From Sminthopsis crassicaudata (Eukaryota), in assembly GCF_048593235.1 (NCBI RefSeq), contig NC_133623.1, forward strand, positions 17,910,211 through 17,974,210: a stretch of DNA of 64,000 nucleotides, in the 5' to 3' direction. The notes beneath the pieces were generated by a model. The model was given only the letters and a program-made list of their open reading frames with translations, did not search any database and was not told where the DNA came from. Of this stretch, positions 38,682 to 50,970 are shown one piece after another (within the stretch, counting starts at the first letter, position 1; every line of letters starts with the position of its first letter). The position numbers and the translations under genes are program-made.

Positions 38682-40119
38682 CAAATAAACTCACTACAAT
38701 ACATTTCCGATATCATCAAACACACCAGAGCTTTTTAGTAAATGCATGTGTAGGGCACCTTGCTGTTCAATGTACGTGGCCTTCAGCAGTTTGTGGAAGA
38801 GTTATACTGATGATGACTGAATGTAATTTTACAAGACATCACTAAGCAGGGAGTCACAAGTAATTTCTAATCCTAAATTGGGGTGACATTTCTGACAAAG
38901 CCTGCTCTTAGAATATAGGAAATGAAGGTGAAAAAAAAAAGAAAGAGAAAGAGAGATTTAAGTCTTTGGGTGCTAGCTAGCTATGCCTATTCTATATTCC
39001 AAAGACCTTGGTGCCTGGGATGATGAATCTTTTTTTGGGGAGGAAAGTACTTTTCATTGCCAAGGCTCTGAGAACAGATCATCCTTATAAGAGAATAAGC
39101 AGAAGACTGGTAGTATGAAGACACTTCCCTTCTCAAAGAATTATAGTTGAAAGTCTCTGTGTGTAAGGGAAAAGAGAGATAGCAGCACCCATTCTTTATT
39201 CAATGGGAATTCAGTGGGAAAGTAGAAATAAGACTCTGAAAACAGCAACTCTGAAACTTTCTTCTAGTGGCAGTGACTAGCAGCAACCATGGGACCAGCA
39301 GCATTCTGTCCAGTAGTGTAAGACCAGCAAAAAGCAATAGCCACCAATCAGACCACAAGTATTGATCATGTGCTTTTGGGATACACATAAGATCTTTTCC
39401 TCGGAGTACTCGCAGTCCAATGAAGGAGGTGACACTCAAACAATCATGTGCACAAAACAAAATTAGAGTAGATATAGAAAGTAACCTCAGGGAAGGCACT
39501 ATGAATAGAGGACTCTGGGAAAGGCCTCCTGAAGAAGATATGATTTGAACTGAGTCCTAAATGAAGAAACAGATCAGCCTTCCAGGCATGGGGAGAACTA
39601 CAAATTCTCTTCATGTGTGTATTTCTTTCTATATATACTCCTCATGTGACTGTTCTTCCTACTGATGATATAATTGTGAGAGAGTAAACGGAGATTCAGA
39701 GCAGAAATGTTTTATTATTACTTCTATTCAACTATGGTATTAATTGAAAGCCATTACTTTGAACTAATTGTGTCCTCGGGCTGACAAGAGAATCTAATCT
39801 GATCTTCAGGTTTTGAGTAGATGCACAGCAACTAAGTACCCTGAAGCTAGCCTAGTTTAGAGTCACCCACGGTGTGATCTGGGAAGTACCCCAAGGAATT
39901 ACACTTGCTGAATGAACATTATTGTCTTCTACTAAAGTGATGCCCAGTTCTTAACCAGTGGGCTACACCATGGTAAATCTAATAAATTTGTTAGTATTAG
40001 CATCAATTCACAGGCATTCCAATGATAAGAAATCCTAATGACAAAATGAGATTAATTAATTTTCCTAGGGAAGACTTCTAAGATAATCAGTTTACTAGGT
40101 TGAAAAATTGTCCTCTTTT

Positions 40120-41971
40120 ACATTTGCCACAAAAATAAAGTCAGATTTAAATAATTGGAAAGACATTCAGTGTTCTTGGATAGGCCGAGCGAATATAATA
40201 AAGATGACAATACTCCCCAAACTACTCTATTTATTTAGTGCTATACCAATCAGACTCCCAAGAAACTATTTTAATGACCTAGAAAAAGTAACAACAAAAT
40301 TCATATGGAAGAATAAAAGGTCAAGAATTGCAAGGGAACTAATGAAAAAAAAGTCCGATGAAGGTGGTCTAGGTATACCTGATCTAAAGCTATATTATAT
40401 AGCAGCAGTCACCAAAACCATTTGGTATTGGCTGAGAAATAGAACGGTAGATCAGTGGAACAGATTAGGTACAAAGGACAAAAAAGGGTACATCTATAGC
40501 AATCTAGTCTTTGACAAACCCAAAGATACCAACATTAGGGATAAAAATTCATTATTTGGAAAAAACTTGGGAAAACTGGAAATTAGTATGGCAGAAATTA
40601 GATATGGATCCACACTTAACACCATATACCAAGATAAGATCAAAATGGGTCCATGATTTAGGCATAAAGAGGGAGATAATAAATAGATTAGAGGAACAGA
40701 GGATAATCTACCTCTCAGACTTGTGGAGGAGGAAGGAATTTATGACCAGAGGAGAACTAGAGATCATTATTGATCACAAAATAGAAGATTTTGATTACAT
40801 CAAACTAAAAAGTTTCTGTACAAACAATACTAATGCAAACAAGATTAGAAGGGAAGTAACAAATTGGGAAAATATTTTTAAAAACAAAGGTTCTGACAAA
40901 GGTCTCATTTCCAAAATATATAGAGAACTGACCCTAATTTATAAGAAACCGAACCATTCTCCAATTGATAAATGGTCAAAGGATATGAACAGACAATTCT
41001 CAGAGGAAGAAATTGAAACTATATCCACTCACATGAAAGAGTGTTCCAAATCACTACTGATCAGAGAAATGCAAATTAAGACAACTCTGAGATACCACTA
41101 CACATCTGTCAGATTGGCTAAGATGACAGGAACAAATAATGATGAATGTTGGAGGGGATGTGGGAAAACTGGGACACTGATGCATTGCTGGAGGAATTGT
41201 GAAAGAATCCAGCCATTCTGGAGAGCAATCTGGAACTATGCCCAAAAAGTTATCAAAATGTGCATACCCTTTGATCCAGCATTGCTGCTACTGGGCTTAT
41301 ATCCCAAAGAAATACTAAAGAAGGGAAAGGGACCTGTATGTGCCAAAATGTTTGTGGCAGCTCTTTTTGTAGCTAGAAACTGGAAGATGAATGGATGCCC
41401 ATCCATTGGAGAATGGTTGGGTAAATTATGGTATATGAAGGTTATGGAATATTATTGCTCTGTAAGAAATGACCAGCAGGAGGAATACAGAGAGGCTTGG
41501 AGAGACTTACATCAACTGATGCTGAGTGAAATGAATAGAACCAGAAGATCGCTGTACACTTCAATGCTGTATGAAGAGGTATTCTGATGGAAGTGGAGAT
41601 CTTCAACATAAAGAAGATCCAACTCACTTCCAGTTGATCAATGATGGACAGAAAGAACTACACCCAGAGAAGGAACACTGGGAAGTGAATGTAAATTGTT
41701 AGCACTACTGTCTATCTACCCAGGTTACTTATACCTTCGGAATCTAATACTTAACGTGCAACAAGAAAATGGGATTTACACACATATATTGTATCTAGGT
41801 TATATTGTAACACATGTAAAATGTATGGGATTGCCTGTCATCAAGGGGAGGGAGTAGAGGGAGGGAGGGGATAATTTGGAAAAATGAATACAAGGGATAA
41901 TGTTATAAAAAAATTACTCATGCATATATACTGTCAAAAAATTTATAAATAAAATTTTAAAAAAAGAAGAA
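40120..41971 (+). mobile_element. Young 5'-truncated L1 (ORF2 3' third + 3' UTR), frameshifted near 40567
   Basis: Very similar to 4419-6200 of the intact element. 2-bp deletion (aaactgttggg to aaacttggg). TSD gaaaaattgtcctctttt (40102-40119) / gaaaaatgtcctctttt (41972-41988). Confidence 0.95.
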
Positions 41972-44900
41972 GAAAAATGTCCTCTTTTGACCAATGAAAA
42001 GACATGGGCTTGGCAGATCTCCTTAGCTACCTATGGCTGTTAGGCATGCCCTTTGAAATGCCTCTAAGGGTTGAGCAGAAGACAAGAAAAAGTTGAGGGA
42101 TGAGAGAGTGAGATAAATGTAAAAGAAAAAAAAAAAAAGCCAAAAAGCCAAGCCTGAGAGAAGGAAAAATACAAGAGATTATTACCAAGAGAAAGCAAGC
42201 TGCCTCAAATCACAGGCTAAAAGTTCCCTTCACAGCTACATCTAGAAAAAGAAAGGATGTAAGCAATACTTTTTTTTTTGCTGGGTGATCTGGTAAAATT
42301 CTTGTTCATGTCACAGAATCACCACGTCTGGCTGCCACCCCAAGTTCCCATTACTATGGCACCCTTCCCTTGAAGCCCACCTTACACAGAACTAGTAGAG
42401 TTGAGAACAAGGCTCGTTGGGAGTCGATTCCTTCCCAGTGCTGCGCTTATGGTTTCTCTATGCCTTGACTCAATTTAGTGTCAGTTATAGTTTGGACTAT
42501 CTAGAGCTAGGGGTCTAGTTTGAATTAAGTTGAATATCAATTACTTAAGCTTTAGATTTTTATAGATGAACACTGGGAGGCCAAAAGACAGTGAAAAGGC
42601 TTAACCAAGGCCCCATGTGGTTACTGGCAGAGAATCAATTAGAATTCATCTCATGACCCCTTATAGTTAGTGTTCTTCCCACTACTATCTTCCTCCTCCC
42701 TTTCCCTATTTTCACCTCTTCTGCCTCTCTCCCCTCCCCTGCCATTATAAATGACATACAACTTGGAATTGCTATTCTCTATTTAATATCCTTTCTAACA
42801 TTTTATACCCTCTCAAAAAAGGTCTTTTAAAAGTTAGTTAATATTATGTCATATGTAGTGTTGGAAACATCCTAATAAACATTTAATAATGAACTTAAAT
42901 CTTATTTGTTTGGGATGACTTCTAAGACACCCAGGTCACCAATGAGGTACAAATAATCATATTTCATTATGCACTAAGGAGGCAACCAAAAGGGAATAGA
43001 GCAAAACAAAGGTTGGTTTGGTGATCTCTCCAGGCACAATCAAATCAATGATTTTGATGGAATAAAACAGTTCATAAAATAACTCACTTCAGCATCACAG
43101 AATTTCAGAGTTAGGAAAGAGCTTGGCGATCTGTCCTCAAAGCCACAGCTGCCTCATTTCCAAGGGCATAATGTCTATTGTCACACCTTCAGGGTGAATC
43201 AACCCTGAAACATTACTTTCTTGGCCATTCCCACTCAAAATGTGGCATCTCTCCTTAGGAGACTATGAATTCCTCATCTTCCCTTTTGAATTTGTAGCCT
43301 TAGCACTTGGCACAATGTATGATACCAAGAAATTATCAATTAGATGATTTTTTTATTCATTTATTTATTCATTCTCAGTGGATAGAAGATAAGATTTCCA
43401 AAGAAGAAAAGGGGCTTACAGAGCTAGTACTATCTTTCCCAGTCCCTTTAATCGAGGCCTCCTTTTGTTCTTTTCTGGAACAGTTCCCAGAATTCTTTGA
43501 AGGGGCAAAAATTGAACATGGATGCATTTTTATGTTTCTTTTGTTTGTATGTGTAACAATGAAAGGGAATAATTCCATTTGGAAGAAAAATGGACATTAT
43601 CTACAGACTGCTCTTTGTTCAGAAATTATGTAGATAAAAGAGGCTAGGTATAACTTGTTTTCCAATAGGATGGATGGATGGAAGGAAAGCCTGAGACAAT
43701 AAAGGTGTGCAAATGTTGCTTGAATTATAGAAGTGGACTGATTCCACACATGTCCATGAGGCAGTGGCAAACAGGACAGGGAAATGAGGAAAACCTCTGC
43801 CAGCTGTTGTGATCCTGACAGCAGGAGTTGGAGTCCCATTCGGAAGAGCTCCCAAAACATTTTTTTTTTTTTTTTTTTTTTAATGAATAGAGCAGTGAGT
43901 CCTCTCTTCCCTTCTTTACTCACTAGAAGCCTAGCCTTGGCCATGTTCTCCCTTCAGAAGTCAACCAAGACTCTTCCTGCTCCTATGGTGGCAGTCCTCC
44001 CCCCTCCATGAATACAGACAACTGGGGTACCTTTCTCCTTGGGCCTCGCTGGAATACTCAGGCAGCATTTTGGTACTGCAGACACTTGTGCTGCTCACAT
44101 CTTAGCATATCCTTCCTTTGGTCCCTTCTTCTACTGCCCCGCTACATGACTGGAACTATTAAACTAGAAGTTAAGTTATAAATGAATAATAACAGATAAC
44201 ATTCGCATTTTAGCAATCTCTTCCTTACCACTATTCCCACTGTCCTTCAACCAAATTACAATTTTTAGGACCAAAGTTTTAAATTTAGAGTTGGAAGGCC
44301 ATTTAATTCAAACCCCCCCCCCCATCTCTCATCCCATGTACACATCTCTTTGCCATCTTTCCTGCACACTGATCTACTTTCCCCCTTTCCATCTCTCACA
44401 CTAGAAAACAGGAAACAAATCACCACTAACATGGCTTCTTGTGAGGATATGGTAACTGACTGTCCTAGGTATAGCTTTTCTGATCATTTTTGTGACTCTT
44501 CAGACCACAATTCCTTCCCTTGGACACTACTGGTCTCTATGTGTCATATCCCCCATCAGAATACAAGCTCCTTGAGGGGAGTAAGGTTTGGTTTTTATTT
44601 TCTATATTTGGCAATTACCACAGCTCTTGACCTATCAGAACTTAATAAATGTTTGTCTTCATCAAACTGAGGCAAATATTAATCTACTCAAAATAACAGA
44701 GGCTTGATTCCAGGACCTTTGATTCCAAATTATGTCCTTAGCATCAATCTGTCTTGTACAAACAGAGGTCAGGTCCTCAAGGTCAAGGGTCGCCTTGTGA
44801 AATGTGTTGTCTTGTGTGACCTACTGAGCATGTAGACCAGGTATGATATCCATGCCTCTCCCTACAAATAAACACCTGTAGAACTGAACTTAGAGGAATT

Positions 44901-45550
44901 GGCCAGTAATACTTTAACAGAATCATCTATGGAAGGGCAAAGGCAGCAGGGGAGAATTATTTGTCTAGGTGACCATTTAATAACCCTCACAGCATCCCCC
45001 TGCAAGAACAGACCCTGGCTACAGGGCAAGGGGAGAAGATTTTTCCTGTTAGCACCCTAAAATCCTCTGCCCCAATCCAGTCTTCAACTTGGAGAGCTTT
45101 TAGCAAACAGCCTCTGAGCATGTAGCCTATGGCTCATCCTGTTCTAAATAGCAGTGAAGTGGGCAAACTTTTCCAAATTGCAAGGTTTTTTAAAAAATTA
45201 TTTTTCCAAATAGAAAAAAATAATCGGTTAGGCACCCGGGGTCATAATGATTTAGAGTAATACAGAGCACTGGAACATAGACTAGCCTTGCAGTCAAGGA
45301 ACCTGGACTCTATCCCCCCACAATGCTCCTTATTACCCATGTCTGGGACATGGCCAAAGGCACCTTTTTTCTCCTCTTCAATTTCCTTGCCTCAAAAAGA
45401 TGCCTTTGGACCAAGTGGCCTTATCTTATCCCTAAGTCACTAAGACTTATCCCTAAGAGTTGTTGTTGTTATCATTGTCTGTACTTCAATAGCATTCCTT
45501 TCCTTTCAAATCTTATGTATTTGTCTTTTATGAACAAAAAAATGTAATTC

Positions 45551-45870
45551 TGAGCCGGGGTCTATAGTCCTTATTTGACTGCCTGTCAAAAGAGTCCAGA
45601 CTCCTCAAGGGTCTCCAAGGGTCCCCAAAGTTGAGGGTCCCCGAGCCAAAATTGACGCAGAGCAATAACTGGAAAGGGGACAGCAGAATATAGTAGAGAA
45701 AGCTGACCTCAGTCAGAAAGGAACGGTTCCCAAGTCCCTCTCTTTTCACATGACTGTATTTGTAAGGGATAAGGGTCCCTGATCCGTGATGAGGAGGGAG
45801 TTTTCTTCCCAGGCATTCATAAGTCTTAAAAGGAATGTAGTACATGTTGGGATGGATGCGAGGGCCCACA
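45551..45870. mobile_element. Probable solo LTR (320 bp)
   Basis: TG...CA termini (tgagccgggg...gggcccaca), near-perfect 6-bp TSD taattc / caattc, GC-richer than the flanks, internal gggtc(t/c)cc repeats. Confidence 0.55.
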
Positions 45871-48673
45871 CAATTCTAAGATTCATTTACAGCATTCTCA
45901 ACTAAGCAGACACATCATCAGAAGCTCCTGGGTCACTGTACTCCAAGTCAATGGAGACAGGTGTTTAACCTTGGGACAATAACTCCAGAGCTCTGCATTT
46001 TGCTTGTGGTTACAAAGAACACCCCCCGACTGCTCGGTTCTCTTTCTGAGTAGAGTGAGTTGACCTCATTGGCACAATTCAGTGTGGAGGGCTCTACACA
46101 AATCCTCACTGCCTCACTAATAAATGGCCCAGCACTCTACAGCCTCAAAGTGCTATTTCTACCATTTGTCCAACAAGATGTGCTTTTCATATCCAGCACT
46201 ATTTTATGGCAGCTTTTAAAATGAGAATCATCAGAATATTGGAGAAGTTTCTTTACAAATCTATTTTCTGTTGACACTTTCATAAATTTTACTGCCGAGT
46301 ATCCAACACACAACAGGTATGTCAGTCTTTGGTCATGAAGGGAATGTCCTTTCTTCCTTTATTATTATTATACACCATACTGGCTGTTATGTTAAGCTCC
46401 TAAAAGAGCGGTGGAAAGAGAAAGGAAAGTGATATACAAATCAAAGTTATGAGACTCAGGGTGTAGGCAGTTTGAAAAGCTGTATTCCTTTGACAAGTCT
46501 CTTAGTGCAATAATAAGATCCTTATTACAGAGATGAACAACAAAATCCCAACATCTCCACCGATCATTTTGAAAACCAACTGCTACCCTACCTCTGCTGT
46601 GAAATAATTAGCTAGAAGTCACCTCACAAACTGCATTGCTGACTCTACGCCAGTTTGTGAAGTCAATGTTAGCATCCAGGTGGCAAATTGAAGAAAGTTC
46701 AGGGAATTTTTAAAGCTTCCACTAGGAGGAGCCAGTGAAAGAACTTTGTCCCAGGGAGACTAGTCTTAGAGGGCTTCTACAGAATCATCTAGGGGCATAG
46801 TCTTCTCCAGCTGACCATTTCTGTGGCAGCAAAGGTGGCTTCTCCCACCCAGTCACATTCCCAGAGTAGCAGCTAAGCCCACAACAGGCTTCTCTGTAGC
46901 CCCTTTAAAAGTTTAGAAAGCTTAGGAATCTAAGGTACACTCTCTCTCTCCATCGGCAAGAACTCTGATGTAGAACCAGAGTGGGACAGAAGCAGAAGCT
47001 TATATGAGTCTTCTCCACTGGCCAGAATTTTAAGTTCAACGGGCATGATTTGGACATCTTCCCAGGGATGATTATTTCCTCCCTATCAAGTCCATATTTT
47101 GTGACTTGGAATCTAAACATGAGCTTCATGGGGCACTCATGTAAATATGACAGAATATCAGAGGGAAAGATTGTCTATATTATCAAGAGCCAGATCCAAT
47201 CTTTCTTTGAAAACATTGGGTCAGGGGGATTTCCCAAGGCAGTACACTACACAGGTGGACAGCACCAATTGTTAAATCAACTCCACAAATATTTGCTACA
47301 TGGCAAGCACGGTTCCAGCAATTGAGGGCACAAAGACAGAAACAAAACCATCCCTTGCTCTTAAAGAGATCATATTCTCACATTCTCCTGGAAGAAAACA
47401 GACACAAATAAAGTATGTTTGCCTGCCAGTCTGTCCATCCATTCACCCACCCATCCATCTACCTTCTACCTATCTATCCATCCATTCATTTACTCTTGCA
47501 GCTGATCCATCCAGTAAATTCCAAGTAATTGGGGGAGGGAGGATAGTAACAAGCTAGGAGGATAGTAACAAGCTAGGGCGAGAGGACAGCCCTCCCAAAG
47601 GATAGGATACATTAGTGGAGGCTTAAAAGGAGCCAGAGACACCCTAGGCACACTAATGAGGAGGGGGAACCTTGAAAGTATTGGGAAGTCTTTGCTGCCA
47701 TCCAGCCGCATTTTGTCTCCCTAGGGTTTCTCATTGGCCCTCAGGGGCCAAGCAGAACATCTGATTCCTCTTCCACATGACAGCCCTTCTGAAGCGTTCA
47801 AGACATTAATATGGCATTTTAATTCACATACAACACATCCATCAATTATGAAAGCTGTTTTTAAAAACAAAAACACTAAACTGAACCAGATGGCAGTCTC
47901 CCTGAATCAGGCATGGGAGTTGGAGGGAGCACAAACTCAATAGGTGCAAGAAAATTTCTGAAGAATTTTACTTTGCTGTTTGGAGTTTTCGTGAGAAGGG
48001 GACCTTCAAAGGAGAGGAGCTACAGAGCTCTTTCATTCCCATCTCTCCATAAATGTCACCAATCAGCTTACACTGGCTATCAGAAAATAGAATTCAACAA
48101 ACTCTCATAAATGTTTCATGCTCATCTCAGGCCCAAAAAAGTGAGATGCAAATATCACCTGCTCCTTTCCATCAATCAACAATCACTTATTCAGTAATCC
48201 CTATGAGCTGGGACCCATGCTGGAAACTGGGCATACAAAAGCTGAAGGGAAACAAACAGTAGCTGTAGTTGTAGAGGTTACAACTGAGGGGGGCAAGGGT
48301 GGGGGGGCTAATCTTGCCACATGTAAAAGAGCAGCTGTGAGGGACATACTCAGCAAAGGCTCAGAGGAGCAGAGAGGAGTACTTGGGTCTACTCTTGAAC
48401 TTAACTGGGAATCTGAAGTGAGAAGTGAGGAAGGAGGGCACTCCAGGTATGGAGGGACAGCCAGTTGCAAAGGCCACCAAGCTGGGGGTAGAGTGCTGTG
48501 GCAGAAGGGAAAAGCCACTTAGACTAGACAAGCACACACATGAAGAGGAATGATGTGTAAAAGAAGGCGGAGACCAGACTGTGAAGGGCTTGAAAGACCT
48601 ACAGAGAGAAGCAACAGCAGCATGGAGCAGAGGAGGCAGCAATCACGATGGGAGCTAGAATGGACTGGGCACC

Positions 48674-49176
48674 AAGGCCAGTATTACCATCACTGAGTTG
48701 ATAAAGGGCAAGATTCAGGCTCTACAGGAGAGGGTCAAGCATCTCCAGCAGGGGAAGCACAAGGACCAACCAGCAAAAAGATGGGGAAGCTTAGGTGGCT
48801 TCTATGAACCATCAGACTCAGGTGACTGAGGAGGAACTGTACCATATTCAGAAGCACCTGGCTACAGCAGAAGCTGACCAGAGCAAGAGGTATGAAGGAA
48901 TGAAAGAAAATTAAGCCCTGAAGAATGAAATGAATATGGAACTGCACGAGATCCAGATGAAAAAGGCCAAGCACAACTGCAAAAGAAGCAGATAGAAAGT
49001 ATGAGGAAAAGGCCTCCAAACTGGTGAACACTAAGGGGTACTTTGAGTTGGCTCCGTTCAGTTGCTGGGAAATGTGTGAGTAGATAAGTCTGTTAGACCA
49101 GAATATCAAGTATCTGAATGCTGCTGAAGAGAAGATTCTCAAAAAGAAGACCAATATGAGGAACAGATTTAAACTC
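48674..49176 (+). pseudogene. TPM3: Processed tropomyosin pseudogene, TPM3 short cytoskeletal isoform-like, degraded and 3'-truncated
   Basis: Degenerate translation ASITITELIKGKIQALQ...VASMNHQTQVTEEELYHIQKHLATA...KAKH..EADRKYEE..KLV...LDQNIKYLNAAEEK.SQKEDQYEEQI aligns with MAGITTIEAVKRKIQVLQ...[25 protein letters not shown]...MDQNLKCLSAAEEKYSQKEDKYEEEI. No introns; contains stops, frameshifts and a lost ATG (aag). Confidence 0.85.
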
Positions 49177-50538
49177 TTTTATTCCTTCTGGATAGGAAAG
49201 TTTTTACTTAAATAGAGGCTCTTCCTCATAGAAGAGTGAAAGAGAGATTAGCCTGCATTATCAAGTGCTAACCATAGTCAAGAAGTGATTTCACCACGGA
49301 AAACCTCAGATGTCCCAGATGAAGTGTCAGCCAAACCAGAAGAGTCACTACAGGAGGAGTTTGCCAAAAGAAAACCAAAACCAAAACCAAAACCAAAAAC
49401 GGTATGATTCAGGTTTTCACCTTTAAAACATTTGGGTTGAGTTTTTTGTTTCTTTTTTACATTTGGATCATTAGCAACCAAATGAATTACCCAGGCAAGA
49501 CCTCTCTGAGACCAAACTGTCTTCATTCTCATTTTCCAATCACAGAATGTATGTGACTCAGAAGTTGGAGTATCTACTCCTAATTCCACTCTGCCTTCTT
49601 TGGAAAAAAATTTTTTGCCACTGATCAGCCAAGCAAAATTCATCTCATTACCCCTCCTTTGTACCCAGGGTACGAAGTTGCCAGCTCAAAAAGTACCATC
49701 TCACTGTGCTTTGTAATCCTTAGTGCTGGAGAAATCTTCAACAGCTTGTGTGCCAAACTTACTTTTAATTTATATGTATTATGTTTAGAGCTTTGTTTCT
49801 CTAGGGGAGGGAGCACCAGCAGAATTCTTTATGTGCAGTCTCTGGGCTGGCAGGAAACGAATCTTTTTTAATTCCTTTTTAGTTTTTTGGTGAGGTTTCT
49901 GAGAGGTCTGTGTTAGGTTTGTACTGGGTAACTTAATGGTTTGAAATATCATCTTTGGTGTGGTTTACTTGGGAGCCAATCTGGAGAAAAAGAAACCAAC
50001 ACTACAAGTATTTTGATACTGAAAAATTAATGAAGTATCTTTTGAAAGGAAGAACAAAACTCTTCAGAAATCAAACCAAAGCATTTGTATTTGAATCTAA
50101 AGGTGTTGGGAAGCAAAAGGATAAAATACTGAAGACACATGAAACAGGAGCTGTACAGAAGGGGGAATGACGAAGTGGACAAATTGAGGAAAGAAGATAA
50201 AGTACAAAGTTCTCACAGAAGACAGACTAGGTGAGGAACAGAGATGGAGAGAGTGCTGAAGGCAATCCAAAATGAGGACTATGGCAGCTGTGTGGATAGA
50301 GATGCACATGTGACGCAGCACAGATGGCACAGGGGGCATGGCTGCCCGTGCACAAGGAGTGTGGGTGATAAGGCTAGCCATGTGTAGGTGAGCATGTGTG
50401 GGTCTTTGTCTGGATCAGAGTCTGAGTGGGTGTGGGGTGTGTTAGTCTTTAACAAGGAAGGTGCATGCAGTGGGCTTGGGATGATGGCAAGGTATTAAAG
50501 GGGAAATAACTTACATAACAAAATATACACATATATAT

Positions 50539-50667
50539 NNNNNNNNNNNNNNNNNNNNNNNNNNNNNNNNNNNNNNNNNNNNNNNNNNNNNNNNNNNNNN
50601 NNNNNNNNNNNNNNNNNNNNNNNNNNNNNNNNNNNNNNNNNNNNNNNNNNNNNNNNNNNNNNNNNNN
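50539..50667. other. Assembly gap (129 N)
   Basis: Run of N following a (TA) repeat. Confidence 1.
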
Positions 50668-50744
50668 GCCAAGAAAATCCTAACGACAGGATATTCCACA
50701 GGGTCAAGAAAAATCATACATGACTGAATAACAAGGTACATATA

Positions 50745-50970
50745 TGGATCATCTTTCCCCCTTTTGATCTGATTTTCCTTCTTCAGCATGATAATTGTGG
50801 AAATACATATAGAAGAATTGCACATGTTTAAGATATATTGGATTACTTGCTATCGAAGGGATGGAGTAGGGGGAAGGGAGAGAAGAAAATTTGGAAGACA
50901 AGCTTTTAGCAAGGGTGAATGCTGAAAACTGTGTGTTTTGAAAATGAAAAAAAAATTAAAAATAAAATAT
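50745..50970 (+). mobile_element. Older L1 3' end fragment
   Basis: cagcatgataattgtggaaat...ggattacttgc...G-rich tract...gtgaatgctgaaaac followed by an A-rich tail. Confidence 0.7.

Noticed and set aside
40108-41587. ORFs of 182 aa and 358 aa as protein-coding genes
   Set aside because: They are two halves of a frameshifted, 5'-truncated L1 ORF2 fragment.
48735-49154. 139-aa minus-strand ORF
   Set aside because: Antisense frame of the tropomyosin pseudogene.
49279-49400. Possible plus-strand exon QEVISPRKTSDVPDEVSAKPEESLQEEFAKRKPKPKPKPKT
   Set aside because: The acceptor is weak, the PK run is just an (AAACCA)n microsatellite, and there is no recognisable homology or consistent partner exon.
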